DNA of 64,000 bases from an uncultured bacterium. GTDB lineage: Bacteria > Zhuqueibacterota > QNDG01 > DTFT01. Below, piece after piece: positions 1-13,798 of this stretch; the first letter of the stretch is position 1; every line of letters starts with the position of its first letter. The notes beneath the pieces were generated by a model, which ran no database searches, had not been told where the DNA came from, and was given only the letters and a program-made list of their open reading frames with translations. The stretch covers positions 32,001 to 96,000 of the forward strand of contig CAVTNR010000027.1 in the NCBI GenBank assembly GCA_963736115.1, read 5' to 3'. The translations under genes were made by a program, and so were the position numbers.

Positions 1-1263
1 AGCGGCCCTCATGGACAGGATTCTTTTCTCACCCCGGATACGGCATTCGACTTCCGGCCGGTTCACTGAGTCCGTACCGGACAGGGCTTCCCGCATGGGT
101 TCCGTGCACGGGGAATCGCTGTCCAGCGGCTTGCCGATGACGTCCTCCGCACGGAAACCGAAGAGGGTTTCCGCGGCCCGGTTCACTACGGACACACTGC
201 CGTTCCGGTCCGTAACGATCACGGCGTCCGCGAGATTCTCGAAAATACGGCCCGTATTCGTCCTGAACCGGCTGTAGGATTCAGCCAGCGTCCGCAGGCG
301 TTCCGAAGCGGCGTACAGGCTGACAGCCGCCAATCCGATAAACACCAGCACCAGAGAAGACAGGAGGATGCGCGTCCGTGTGCTGGCCATCATGCGGTCG
401 TAAATGCCCGCATCCAGACCGACCCGGAACACGGCCGCCTGATCATCCGATCCGCCGAACGGGCCGGCGAATTCGAACACGTCCCCGCCGTCTCCGGGAA
501 TCCGCCGCCAGACGTTCCGGCCTGTTCCGAGAATGTTCCGGAGAAAAGGATCGGATCGTATGGAAGACAGCTCGGCTACGCCGCTGCTGGCCATGCGTAT
601 GCCCAGGGAATCCTGAAGGACGATATATGCGGCCCCGCTTTTTCGTGCCATTTCCTGCATCAGCCGGCCGGGCCCGAGTTCGCTCCGCAATCGGTTCAGT
701 TCCAGGGCGTCTGAACCTGCCGCGACTGCGCCGCCCGAGGCGAGGCGCAAAGCCACAAAGATGAAGGAAGAGAGTGTGTCCGCACCTCCTGTCTGGACAA
801 CCAATGTATCGGTTTCACCCGATAAAACAGGCCGGAGTGTCGTCTCGGAAAGGGCTGGAACGCGAGCCTTGAATAAGGGCGATTCGGCAGTCAGAACACA
901 CCTGCCGGACGGCGAGAAAAGGAAAATCGCATCCGATCCATGTTGTTTTCTCAGAATGGACAGGGATCGCGGCGTAAGCCCGCCGGCCCGATGCAGGTCG
1001 CGGGCCTCGGCCGCGGTGCGCAAAAGATCGCTGAAAAAGTTCTCTTCGAGACGCTCATACGCGAGAACGGAACGCTTTCCGCTTGCCTGAAGCGCATCCA
1101 GCAGGATGTCGCCTTCCGCGCGTATCATGGCCAGGGTATCCCGACGGTCGCGCCTGTATTCATAAAAAGCGAAACCCGTGAGCAGGGGCACAAGAAGGGC
1201 CATGGCCGCGAGAAGCGCGGCAGGCTGGATGGAAAGGAAGGATTTCAGGCGTCGGTTTGGCAT
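1..1263 (-). CDS. Membrane sensor protein, probably a PAS-domain histidine kinase (C-terminus runs off the window)
   Basis: Not in the ORF track because no stop lies in the window. Manual translation from ATG 1263 (GGAGGA RBS upstream) gives MPNRRLKSFLSIQPAALLAAMALLVPLLTGFAFYEY, a periplasmic region, a second TM (ILLSSLVLVFIGLAAVSLY) and a PAS start (IFENLADAVIVTDRNGSVSVVNRAAETLFG). Confidence 0.75.
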   Translation of the reverse strand, partial: MPNRRLKSFLSIQPAALLAAMALLVPLLTGFAFYEYRRDRRDTLAMIRAEGDILLDALQASGKRSVLAYERLEENFFSDLLRTAAEARDLHRAGGLTPRSLSILRKQHGSDAIFLFSPSGRCVLTAESPLFKARVPALSETTLRPVLSGETDTLVVQTGGADTLSSFIFVALRLASGGAVAAGSDALELNRLRSELGPGRLMQEMARKSGAAYIVLQDSLGIRMASSGVAELSSIRSDPFLRNILGTGRNVWRRIPGDGGDVFEFAGPFGGSDDQAAVFRVGLDAGIYDRMMASTRTRILLSSLVLVFIGLAAVSLYAASERLRTLAESYSRFRTNTGRIFENLADAVIVTDRNGSVSVVNRAAETLFGFRAEDVIGKPLDSDSPCTEPMREALSGTDSVNRPEVECRIRGEKRILSMRAA

Positions 1264-1415
1264 GGGCGAGTCCTCCGGAATATACGAAATCCGGAGAGAT
1301 TTGGGTATTGGATTATCAGCGAACGCATGTCAACAATCAGCCGGCATATCACATACTAATTCCGCGGGGGATCGCCCGCGGAGAACATTTCGTCTGCGAT
1401 GCGGAACGCGCGTTC

Positions 1416-2150
1416 CTAGAGGGTCCAGACCAGACCCACGGACCCGTAATGAAATAGACTGAACGTGTACACCTCGTCGTTGTCCGCGCCTCCTTCAAGA
1501 ATCCGGTACCCGGCTTTGACTTTCAGTTTCGGGTGAACGGCCAGCAGCATGCCTGCGAAAACGTCCTCGGCCCTGCCCTGCGGAGCGGCCAGAGCGTCTC
1601 CTTCCAAAAGCAGATGAAGCACACCGGCCGGTTTCCAGCAGAATCGGAAATTGAGAATAGGCACGAATCCGACATTCGATTTCGTTTCAGAGAGCCCCGC
1701 GGACGAAAGCCCGATTTCGGCATCCCGGATTTTGGCCGTAAGCCCGAGACCCGCGTCCAGGCGGTCTCCCCGGAAAACCTCGTACCGCCAGGTCAGTCGG
1801 TATGAATCGAACCGGTAATCGCCCCGGATCGGTGCGTTTTGGGGGAATACGGTGTCACGGAACAGAACCGACTGATCAAACCGGCCTTCGGCTTTCAGCC
1901 GAAGCGGGGCCGCCAGAAAAGACAGCGTGTTTCTGCCGGACACCCGGCTGATCCGGAAGCGGCCAAAAGGAACCGCGTCCGTGCTCAGAGCTTCAGAAAA
2001 TGAAAACCGGGTTCCTGCGTCTCCCGGAACTGCGGCGTCATTATACCCGGACAACACAATTCCGGATTCGATGTCAAATTCCCACTGTCCGGCGGTTAAA
2101 GGGCAGACCGTAAAAAGGACTGCGGTCAAGACCAGCCTTCCAATCTTCAT
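1416..2150 (-). CDS. Secreted/outer-membrane beta-barrel-like hypothetical protein
   Basis: Signal peptide MKIGRLVLTAVLFTVCPLTAG after a GGAGGA RBS; alternating beta-strand pattern; C-terminus GSVGLVWTL. Confidence 0.65.
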   Translation of the reverse strand: MKIGRLVLTAVLFTVCPLTAGQWEFDIESGIVLSGYNDAAVPGDAGTRFSFSEALSTDAVPFGRFRISRVSGRNTLSFLAAPLRLKAEGRFDQSVLFRDTVFPQNAPIRGDYRFDSYRLTWRYEVFRGDRLDAGLGLTAKIRDAEIGLSSAGLSETKSNVGFVPILNFRFCWKPAGVLHLLLEGDALAAPQGRAEDVFAGMLLAVHPKLKVKAGYRILEGGADNDEVYTFSLFHYGSVGLVWTL

Positions 2151-2270
2151 GTTATCCTCCTCTGATGAGATTCTTCTGAGATATGGGAACAGGACTTCAT
2201 AAGATATTTTAATATGATCCTCGATGAAAATCAACAGTAAACTTCATCTCCTCCGGTGTCCGGACGCGGA

Positions 2271-2306
2271 TAAAAAAAGAGGCCTCGACTAATGTCGAGG
2301 CCTCTC
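2271..2306 (-). terminator. Intrinsic terminator of the rrn operon
   Basis: Perfect stem AGAGGCCTCGAC-taat-GTCGAGGCCTCT; the A-run at about 2272-2278 is the U-tract on the minus strand, just past 5S. Confidence 0.85.
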
Positions 2307-2315
2307 TATTTAAAT

Positions 2316-2433
2316 TCCCGGCGACGCCCTACTCTCCCACACGGTTACCCGAGTAGTACCATTGGCGCGGAAGGGCTTAACTGCCGAGTTCGGAATGGGA
2401 TCGGGTGTTTCCCCTTCGCTATGATCGCCGGAA
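2316..2433 (-). rRNA. rrf: 5S rRNA
   Basis: Reverse complement of typical 5S motifs (CCCGATCCCATTCCGAACTCGG, GTGGGAGAGTAGG); lies downstream of 23S. Confidence 0.95.
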
Positions 2434-2519
2434 TTTTTTTCAAATAACCTTCTGGAAAGCAAGCAATCCTTACAAACAATCCATCATCTGCCATGATGAC
2501 AAGGAATTTTACTAAAAAA

Positions 2520-5547
<3,028 letters not shown>

Positions 5548-5634
5548 AAAAATCCTTTGCATCATGGCAGATGATGCACTGCCTTAAGGATTTCTTCAAA
5601 CTAAAAGGTTTGAGAAGATACTTGCTTTCCAGAA

Positions 5635-5647
5635 TTGTCAAAGAACT
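5635..5647 (-). promoter_or_regulatory. Spacer boxA antitermination element
   Basis: Minus strand AGTTCTTTGACAA just upstream of 23S, matching the rrn boxA consensus. Confidence 0.7.
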
Positions 5648-5714
5648 CGCGCGACGTCGTCCTCCCGGAGTCGAACCAGGATGGACGGTTTATCGTCAAA
5701 AACAATGGAATTCG

Positions 5715-5787
5715 TGGAGAATACCGGGATCGAACCGGTGACCTTCTGCTTGCAAACCAGACGCTCTCCCAGCTGAGCTAATTCCCC
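5715..5787 (-). tRNA. tRNA-Ala(UGC), CCA not encoded
   Basis: GGGGAATTAGCTCAGCTGGGAGAGCG...TTTGCAA...GGTTCGATCCC...TTCTCCA; G3:U70 alanine identity pair; in the ITS. Confidence 0.95.
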
Positions 5788-5906
5788 GCTTGGATCGCTC
5801 TCCTTTTAACGGAGCGCACAGGGATACGGTCATCCGGTCTGGGTGGGCCACTCCCCCGGAAGGGGAAACCCTTCGCGTGACAGTGCTCCAGGCCCACATT
5901 AAGCGG

Positions 5907-5982
<76 letters not shown>

Positions 5983-6078
5983 GATATTTATATAAACGAC
6001 GCGTGCACGGCTCGAAGTATCGGCGCTTTCGACCTTGAAGTACGTTATGATCCGCTTGTGGCGTCCATAACCTGTACT

Positions 6079-7637
<1,559 letters not shown>

Positions 7638-7713
7638 AAATATATTTTTCTTATTTACTTCGGAGTGAAGATAAAACTAAAAGGCGTCGAACTGCGAAGG
7701 CCGTGCACGCGAA

Positions 7714-7727
7714 GTTTTCAAAGAACG
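7714..7727 (-). promoter_or_regulatory. Leader boxA
   Basis: Minus strand CGTTCTTTGAAAAC between the promoters and 16S. Confidence 0.65.
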
Positions 7728-7764
7728 GGTGTTTTGTCGTGCTGTCTCGTTTTGGACAGATGAT

Positions 7765-7793
7765 AATATAACTTTTTGTCCAGGGAAAGTCAA
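7765..7793 (-). promoter_or_regulatory. rrn promoter P2 (sigma70-type)
   Basis: TTGACT-17 nt-TATATT on the minus strand. Confidence 0.75.
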
Positions 7794-7847
7794 GTGGAAA
7801 AATGAATTTTACATTTATTTTTCGGACTTGAATTTCAACAGCCTATA

Positions 7848-7876
7848 AATTTACAAAATCAATGTCCGTTTGTCAA
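7848..7876 (-). promoter_or_regulatory. rrn promoter P1 (sigma70-type)
   Basis: TTGACA-17 nt-TAAATT on the minus strand, with an AT-rich UP-element-like tract upstream. Confidence 0.75.
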
Positions 7877-7977
7877 GCGAATTGTGATTCAAAAATGAAA
7901 AATCTTAACGGATCTGACGTGTCTACGTCAGGTTGTGCCTGACCGGTCTTTTCTGCGTTTCAGTAGGACCTGATTTC

Positions 7978-8748
7978 TCAGTATCGCACATCTTTATAAG
8001 ATTCAGTGATTTCCATTCGGATTTTCTTCACAATCAGACTGACAAAGACGCGCACCGCGAAATCATCCATGAAATATCGACCTTCAGGATCAATGGTGAA
8101 ACGCATGGACATTCCCATGTGTTTCACCATTTTGGGGAATTTTCCGGGTGTGAGTCGGGCGCACATAACAGTCGCTGAATCCTGTGACAGAACGTATTCC
8201 GCGAAAAAACGGTCCTCAGCCGGAATCCTGGGCGAAGCCGTGAACCGCCTGAGACTGCGGCCTCCGACGACCGTATCCTTCATCCAGAAGAATCGGTAAT
8301 CACTTCGGACCTCCCTTCGGAAAACGAACAGGTCTTCGCTGCCCATCGAAAAGGAGGCTTCTTTCTTATCATCATGCTTCTTTTTATCGTTCTTCCTCTT
8401 CTCCTGTTCCGCCCTGTCCTTCGCAACTTTTTTGATCCATTCCTGCGTGACGTCCAGGGACTTTCCGTCTTTCTTTTCGATGGCCTGCAGTACCGAGTCA
8501 ACGCGCGTCGAATCGCGGAACACGACGGCCTTGAGAATCGTGGTGACGGATTTCGGTTGTCCGTCCCCGTCCAGTTCCTTCACGGTCTGAACCGCTGTCA
8601 TGGATTTGGGCGGGGGCTCCCCCAGCCTGCGGCACCCGGTTTCGAGCCGGTCCAGAAAGGCATCTCCCAAGTCCGATTGCGAGGTAAAAGCGGCGCTCGA
8701 ACCAAGCAGGCAGGCGATCACAATGGACAGGCGGATGACGCTTCTCAC
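7978..8748 (-). CDS. Secreted hypothetical protein
   Basis: Signal peptide (IRLSIVIACLLGSSAAF); Lys-rich central segment; no family recognised. Confidence 0.65.
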   Translation of the reverse strand: MRSVIRLSIVIACLLGSSAAFTSQSDLGDAFLDRLETGCRRLGEPPPKSMTAVQTVKELDGDGQPKSVTTILKAVVFRDSTRVDSVLQAIEKKDGKSLDVTQEWIKKVAKDRAEQEKRKNDKKKHDDKKEASFSMGSEDLFVFRREVRSDYRFFWMKDTVVGGRSLRRFTASPRIPAEDRFFAEYVLSQDSATVMCARLTPGKFPKMVKHMGMSMRFTIDPEGRYFMDDFAVRVFVSLIVKKIRMEITESYKDVRY

Positions 8749-8812
8749 GGCGGTTGTCTCCGGCAGTCGTGTTCAGGAACAGACGCGATGATTGTGGAAC
8801 GCCGCACAAGCG

Positions 8813-9592
8813 TCATCCGTTCCTGACAAAAACATCGCCGAGCAGAGCCAGGCCTTTCACTGTGAGTTTCTTCGCGACCGGCGAACCGTTCCGCCGGCCG
8901 GTTTCGCCGGGCGCGGTTTCATTCTTCAGGTCTCCGATCAGGGAGGTTCCCCGGATCACGATTTCCCATCCCTTGGGGACGAGGATCTCGACCGTGCCGA
9001 GAATAGAAAGCACATCGAGCGACGCCTCGCCTTCCAGTTCAGCGCGGGTCAAATCCACTTTTCCATTAGAAAGAACGGAAGTCACCTGAGCACCGCGGAA
9101 ACGACGCGATTCAATGCGATGATGCGTGCCCCCCAGAATCCACAGGATCTCCGGCGAATCGGACGTATCCGAGACACCGCGGATGCCGGATGAACCCGCG
9201 GAACGTCCGTCCTTTCCGGATTCGGGAAAGACGGCAGTGCCGTCCCCGGTTCCGGACGGTGATGTGCCCGATTTTGACCGGAACAGCAGCATCAGGCCGA
9301 TCGCGATGATGAGAAGGGGCCAGATGAAATCGATGTCCATCCGGTAAAATCCGAGTGTGGACCCCAGGAACAGGACGCCGAAGCCGACCCAGAGCCATCC
9401 GTCGGCCCGGCGGCCACCGCTCCTTCCAAGCACGGATATGCCTTGCAGGATGAGCAGGCAGGGCCAGAAATCCCACAGATCCAGGCTCCAATCAAAGCCG
9501 AAATGTGGCATGAGCAGGAGCAGGCCGATGAGTATGAATCCGAAGGCAACGATCACCCGGCCTTCCGTTAATTTAATCCGGTTCTGTGCCAT
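8813..9592 (-). CDS. LiaF-like cell-envelope stress membrane protein (4 TM + DUF2154-type C-terminus)
   Basis: Four TM helices with WP motifs (WDFWPCLLI, FIWPLLII); C-terminal GKVDLTRA...GTVEILVPKGWEI...GDV; GGAGGA RBS before ATG 9592. Confidence 0.75.
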   Translation of the reverse strand: MAQNRIKLTEGRVIVAFGFILIGLLLLMPHFGFDWSLDLWDFWPCLLILQGISVLGRSGGRRADGWLWVGFGVLFLGSTLGFYRMDIDFIWPLLIIAIGLMLLFRSKSGTSPSGTGDGTAVFPESGKDGRSAGSSGIRGVSDTSDSPEILWILGGTHHRIESRRFRGAQVTSVLSNGKVDLTRAELEGEASLDVLSILGTVEILVPKGWEIVIRGTSLIGDLKNETAPGETGRRNGSPVAKKLTVKGLALLGDVFVRNG

Positions 9593-9716
9593 GGGTCCTC
9601 CAAGGTGGCGGTTCATTATAGCATACGCAGGAGGAAAGGACGATGTTTCGGGTTTTGGTTTTGAAACAGGAGCGGAATTTTCTATATTGTTTTATGGGTA
9701 CGGGCTCGAGGACCAA

Positions 9717-11084
9717 ATGAAAAAGCGAATCGCGGAACAGAGCATACTCTTCATCAGCGTCCTGAAATGGGTTTTCCTGGCCACCGTTGTCGGTGCCGTG
9801 GTCGGATTTTCGACGTCCCTGTTTCTCCTGACACTCACCGCGGCCACGGAATTCACCGGACGCTTCCAGTATTATTTTCTGGCATTGCCGGCGGCCTTCT
9901 GCCTGAGCGTGATCCTGGTCCGGCGCCTGGCTCCGGAGGCCGAGGGGCACGGGACTGAAAAAGTGATCGAGGCCGTGCACAAACGGTCGGGGAAAATACC
10001 TCTCGCCGTTGTTCCGGTCAAACTGGCGGCCACGGTCATCACGCTCGCCTCGGGCGGATCGGCCGGAAAGGAAGGCCCCTGCGCCCAGATCGGCGCGGGA
10101 CTGGCCTCGGCATTGGCCGACCTGTTCCGGTTCGCCGCAAAGGACCGTAAAAAACTCGTGATCTGCGGCATCAGCGCCGGTTTTGCCTCTGTATTCGGGA
10201 CTCCCATTGCCGGCGCCATTTTCGGCGTTGAGGTCCTTTTTGTCGGAGGCCTTTTATACGATGTTCTCCTGCCGTCATTCGTCTCCGGCATCATGGCCTA
10301 CCAGGTTTCGACAGCTCTCGGCGTGAAATATTTCAGTCATTCAATTCCCTTCACGCCCATCTTTCACGAAAGTTTTTTCCTGATGGTGGCCCTTTCCGGC
10401 GTGTATTTCGGCATCTGCTCCTTTCTGTTCATTGAAATGCTCGCAGCCACGGACCGCCTTTCGCGGGCTCTCCCCTGGTCCAGGATACAGAAAGCGCTCG
10501 CAGGAGGCGCTTTGATCTCCCTTGCGGGACTGATATTCTCGACGCGCTATCTCGGTCTCGGCTTGGAAACGATCGAGCAGGCACTGAAAGGCGGAACCGT
10601 CTCCTGGTTCGCTTTCCCGCTGAAGGCCCTTCTGACCGCCGTCACCCTGAATTTCGGGGGCAGCGGGGGGATCGTCACTCCGCTCTTCTATCTCGGCGCC
10701 ACGTCCGGCAGCCTGTTCGCGAATATCACCGGGCTTGATCCGGCGACGTTCTCCGCCATCGGCCTGGTCGCCGTTCTGGCGGGCGCAGCCAACACGCCTA
10801 TCGCGGCCGGCATTCTGTCCATCGAACTGTTCGGCCGCTCCATCGGACCCTACGCCTGCGTGGCCTGCGTCATCAGTTTCCTGATGACCGGACACCGCAG
10901 TGTCTATCCTTCACAGATCCTTTCCGTAAAAAAGTCGCAGTCCCTGGACGTTCCGATCGGCGAGGAAATGGAGGATGTGCGTGCAAAGATACGGATACGC
11001 GAGAAAAGCCTCGTTTCGATGATGGTCCGCAGCTTTAAAACCGTCCGCGATTGGATTCGATCGAGGCTGCGTAACGGAAAATGA
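9717..11084 (+). CDS. ClC-family chloride channel/antiporter
   Basis: GGSAGKEGP, GFASVFGTPIAGAIFGVE and GGIVTPLF motifs; TTGAAA-16-TATATT promoter-like site at 9661-9688. Confidence 0.9.
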   Translation: MKKRIAEQSILFISVLKWVFLATVVGAVVGFSTSLFLLTLTAATEFTGRFQYYFLALPAAFCLSVILVRRLAPEAEGHGTEKVIEAVHKRSGKIPLAVVPVKLAATVITLASGGSAGKEGPCAQIGAGLASALADLFRFAAKDRKKLVICGISAGFASVFGTPIAGAIFGVEVLFVGGLLYDVLLPSFVSGIMAYQVSTALGVKYFSHSIPFTPIFHESFFLMVALSGVYFGICSFLFIEMLAATDRLSRALPWSRIQKALAGGALISLAGLIFSTRYLGLGLETIEQALKGGTVSWFAFPLKALLTAVTLNFGGSGGIVTPLFYLGATSGSLFANITGLDPATFSAIGLVAVLAGAANTPIAAGILSIELFGRSIGPYACVACVISFLMTGHRSVYPSQILSVKKSQSLDVPIGEEMEDVRAKIRIREKSLVSMMVRSFKTVRDWIRSRLRNGK

Positions 11085-11230
11085 GGCGAAGGAACCGTCC
11101 TGCCGCTCCTGTCTGAGAATGCATTCGGCACCCGAACGTTCGGACGGCCTGCCGGCCGTTGTCTCCGAAAACGTCTTTCTCCATCCCCCATCCCGTCGCT
11201 GTCGCTGGGCTCGGATATCCGGACACCGCG

Positions 11231-13030
11231 TCAGTAATAATACCAGATTGTCTTGTAATCCTCCGGATTCTCGCCTCGGCCCTTGAGTTCCTGCAGGTAA
11301 TCGTGTATGGAAACGTCCTCGTCGACATAGGTGTCCGCGAGGGACAGGTTCTTCTCCCAGGGATGGAATTCATACACTCGTTTGCCGTTCGGCAGAATGC
11401 CGAGCAGGCGGTGATGCTGCTGGGCCCGCAGGTAATTTTTCCCAAGTCTGGGGACGTTGTAGACGGGTTCGTCCGTCCGGGCCAGTCCGGACAGAAGCCG
11501 GGCCTCTTCCTTGATTTCCTGCTGCAGCCGGACCAGCGGAACGCGGTAGCGCTTCGTCTCTTCCTTGCCCTTGGTGTTGAAGGTGTAGTACGGGTCGACG
11601 CCGATCAGTTTCAACAGCCTTCGCAGGGCCGCCAGCTCGAAACGGCGGCTGTTTTCGATCGTGAAAACAGCCTGATTGTACACGGACATCCCCCGCCGCC
11701 TGAATTTCTGGACCGCTTCCATGGCCTCGGGCGTAATCTCATAGGGATGTTCGAAATGGGTAACGACTGCGATTTCCCTGAGTCCAGGGACATGAAAACG
11801 CGCCAGCCCGTCCGCCAGATCCTTCGTGATACGCATGGGAAGGACCACGGGAGTCCGGGTTCCGATTCGGATGCGCTCGATGTGACGGATATCGGAAAGG
11901 GATTCAATCACATCGATGATCCGTTCATCGCTCATCACGAGCGGATCTCCGCCCGTAACCAGGACTTCCCGGATCATCCGGTGTTTCCGGATCCACCGGA
12001 TCGCCGCCTGAATCCGTACGGGAGAAACAAGGGCGTCCGATGCCAGAACATCGTTGATTTCCCAGTTCCGCTGGCAGTACACGCAGATCTGACTGCAGGT
12101 ATTGTAGGGCTTGAGAATCGCGATCATGGGATAACGCCGGGTGACCAGATCCACCGGAGAAGTGTCCTTTTCCAGCATGAAGTCAAGCGACCGGCCGGAA
12201 TCCCTGCGGCTGCGAACCAGGTTCCTGACTGTGTCGCCCGGCGGGATAACCTGGGCGCGAACGGCGTGATCATTTTTACGGTCGGCGCTCCGGTCCATCA
12301 GCGAAACGTAATAAGGGGTGATTCCGAACGGCACGCGGTTCCTGCCGGCCGCGTCAATGGCCGATTTTTCCCCCGGCGTGAGATTGATCAGCTTCTCCAG
12401 AACCGTCGCGCTCCGCACGACGTTGCGGATCTGCCACCGGTAATCGTTCCAGTCCTCTTCATCGCCTCCCAGGCGGCGCAGAATCCGGCGCCTGTTCACG
12501 TCCCGCCTGACTCGGACCCTGTTTTCAAGCCCCGAGACGTACCGCTTCATCCGGGTCTCGGCCTTCAGCGCGATCCGGTCGAGTTGTTCCGAACGGAGAA
12601 TCGAAGCCTTCCTTCCGTGATATTTGGCGAACTCCGGATACGATTCCTGGTCGTAAATGCCGCTTTCTCCCTGAATCGCGAGAAACAGATGGATGATCTC
12701 CTCAAAAAAACCGTCATTCAGATCCTTCGGCAGATGCTCCCGGCGGCCGTTGGCGATTTTCCAGAGAAGCCGGACCAGGCTGAAGCGAATCAAGCGCTCA
12801 CTGCGCACGCTGATCAGGTTCAGGAACGTGTCGATTCCCTGCTCCTGGACGACCCATTCCAGCGGCTGTTTCCTGAGGCTCGAGCGGGCCATCATGCGCT
12901 GCAGCTCGTGCAGATAGGCCTGAAGATAATGCCGCGCCGTGGTGTAGTCGTCGGCCTCGCGCAGGAGGTGATAGATGATCGGATGGACCGCGGCCATCCG
13001 CTTTCTCTGGCGTTCGATACGGTTTTGCAT
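11231..13030 (-). CDS. KamA-family radical SAM/PLP 2,3-aminomutase, long form (glutamate 2,3-aminomutase-like)
   Basis: WNDYRWQIRN; CSQICVYCQR (CxxxCxxC); EVLVTGGDPL; RIRIGTRTPVVLPMRIT; THFEHPYEIT; GGAGGT RBS before ATG 13030. Confidence 0.85.
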   Translation of the reverse strand: MQNRIERQRKRMAAVHPIIYHLLREADDYTTARHYLQAYLHELQRMMARSSLRKQPLEWVVQEQGIDTFLNLISVRSERLIRFSLVRLLWKIANGRREHLPKDLNDGFFEEIIHLFLAIQGESGIYDQESYPEFAKYHGRKASILRSEQLDRIALKAETRMKRYVSGLENRVRVRRDVNRRRILRRLGGDEEDWNDYRWQIRNVVRSATVLEKLINLTPGEKSAIDAAGRNRVPFGITPYYVSLMDRSADRKNDHAVRAQVIPPGDTVRNLVRSRRDSGRSLDFMLEKDTSPVDLVTRRYPMIAILKPYNTCSQICVYCQRNWEINDVLASDALVSPVRIQAAIRWIRKHRMIREVLVTGGDPLVMSDERIIDVIESLSDIRHIERIRIGTRTPVVLPMRITKDLADGLARFHVPGLREIAVVTHFEHPYEITPEAMEAVQKFRRRGMSVYNQAVFTIENSRRFELAALRRLLKLIGVDPYYTFNTKGKEETKRYRVPLVRLQQEIKEEARLLSGLARTDEPVYNVPRLGKNYLRAQQHHRLLGILPNGKRVYEFHPWEKNLSLADTYVDEDVSIHDYLQELKGRGENPEDYKTIWYYY

Positions 13031-13227
13031 GGGAGGACCTCCGTCGCTGGAAACAGGCGGGAACGCACCGGGATACAATGTAGCGAGGAATGCCTTCAAT
13101 CGCAAGACTTTTAGACCGCGGTCACTCTTCCGCCGCAGGTCCGAGGGCATTCTTCACGCCGGGGCCCGGCTTGTCCTGCTGGATCCCCGGTCTACGGCCG
13201 CCGGACCGCGCCTGCGGCCGAAAACAT

Positions 13228-13256
13228 TTGCATCGGAGGCATTATTTTTTTATATT
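13228..13256 (+). promoter_or_regulatory. sigma70-type promoter of the trehalose operon
   Basis: TTGCAT-17 nt-TATATT in an AT-rich patch. Confidence 0.65.
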
Positions 13257-13487
13257 TAAATAACAGCCATTCGGCGCATTCGGGTTCGGAAGCCTCTCCG
13301 CTTTCCGAAGGTCTTTCGATGGTCGGGCCGCCATCGCGTTGCAGAAGACACGAGAGCGGTCATTTTTTTACGCCCTCCGGGTCAACCGCTCTCTCCTTAA
13401 CCTCCAATCTGTCTTCGGGCCGCCCTCCTGTCCGGCGCCCGGTTTTTCCTCCAATCATCCAGAACCCTTCAAAAGCGTGAGGTCCGT

Positions 13488-13712
13488 ATGCTGATCGACA
13501 AAATCGAGAAACGGCTCGGCATCGATTCGAAAACCGGAAAGGCCCGGTTCAGCGCGCTGGTGACCGCCGTGCTCGTGTTCCTGATCATCTGGGGAGGCAT
13601 GAGCCTTTTCAAACTGGCGCCGACGGACACTATTCTGATGGGGTCGGTCATCGCCGCCCTCTTCGGAGGCGTTCTGGCGTTTGTGAAGAAACTGGCGGAA
13701 GAGGAAAAATAG
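13488..13712 (+). CDS. Small 2-TM membrane protein
   Basis: 74 aa with two hydrophobic helices; GAGGT RBS. Confidence 0.7.
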   Translation: MLIDKIEKRLGIDSKTGKARFSALVTAVLVFLIIWGGMSLFKLAPTDTILMGSVIAALFGGVLAFVKKLAEEEK

Positions 13713-13798
13713 AACGCCCCCTACTCCGTATCCGGTGATGCCCCGGTTCCGGCCCAGGCGGCGTTTCCGTTACCGCATATCCCTGACCTGGAGTCCCG

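Noticed and set aside
11231-13030. EpmB or AblA/KamA lysine aminomutase assignment
   Set aside because: The lysine-binding Asp residues appear replaced by Lys/Asn, and the partner genes are absent.
13263-13450. c-di-AMP (ydaO), fluoride riboswitch or 6S RNA
   Set aside because: Consensus motifs and the closing stem were not found; kept only as an unclassified structured leader.
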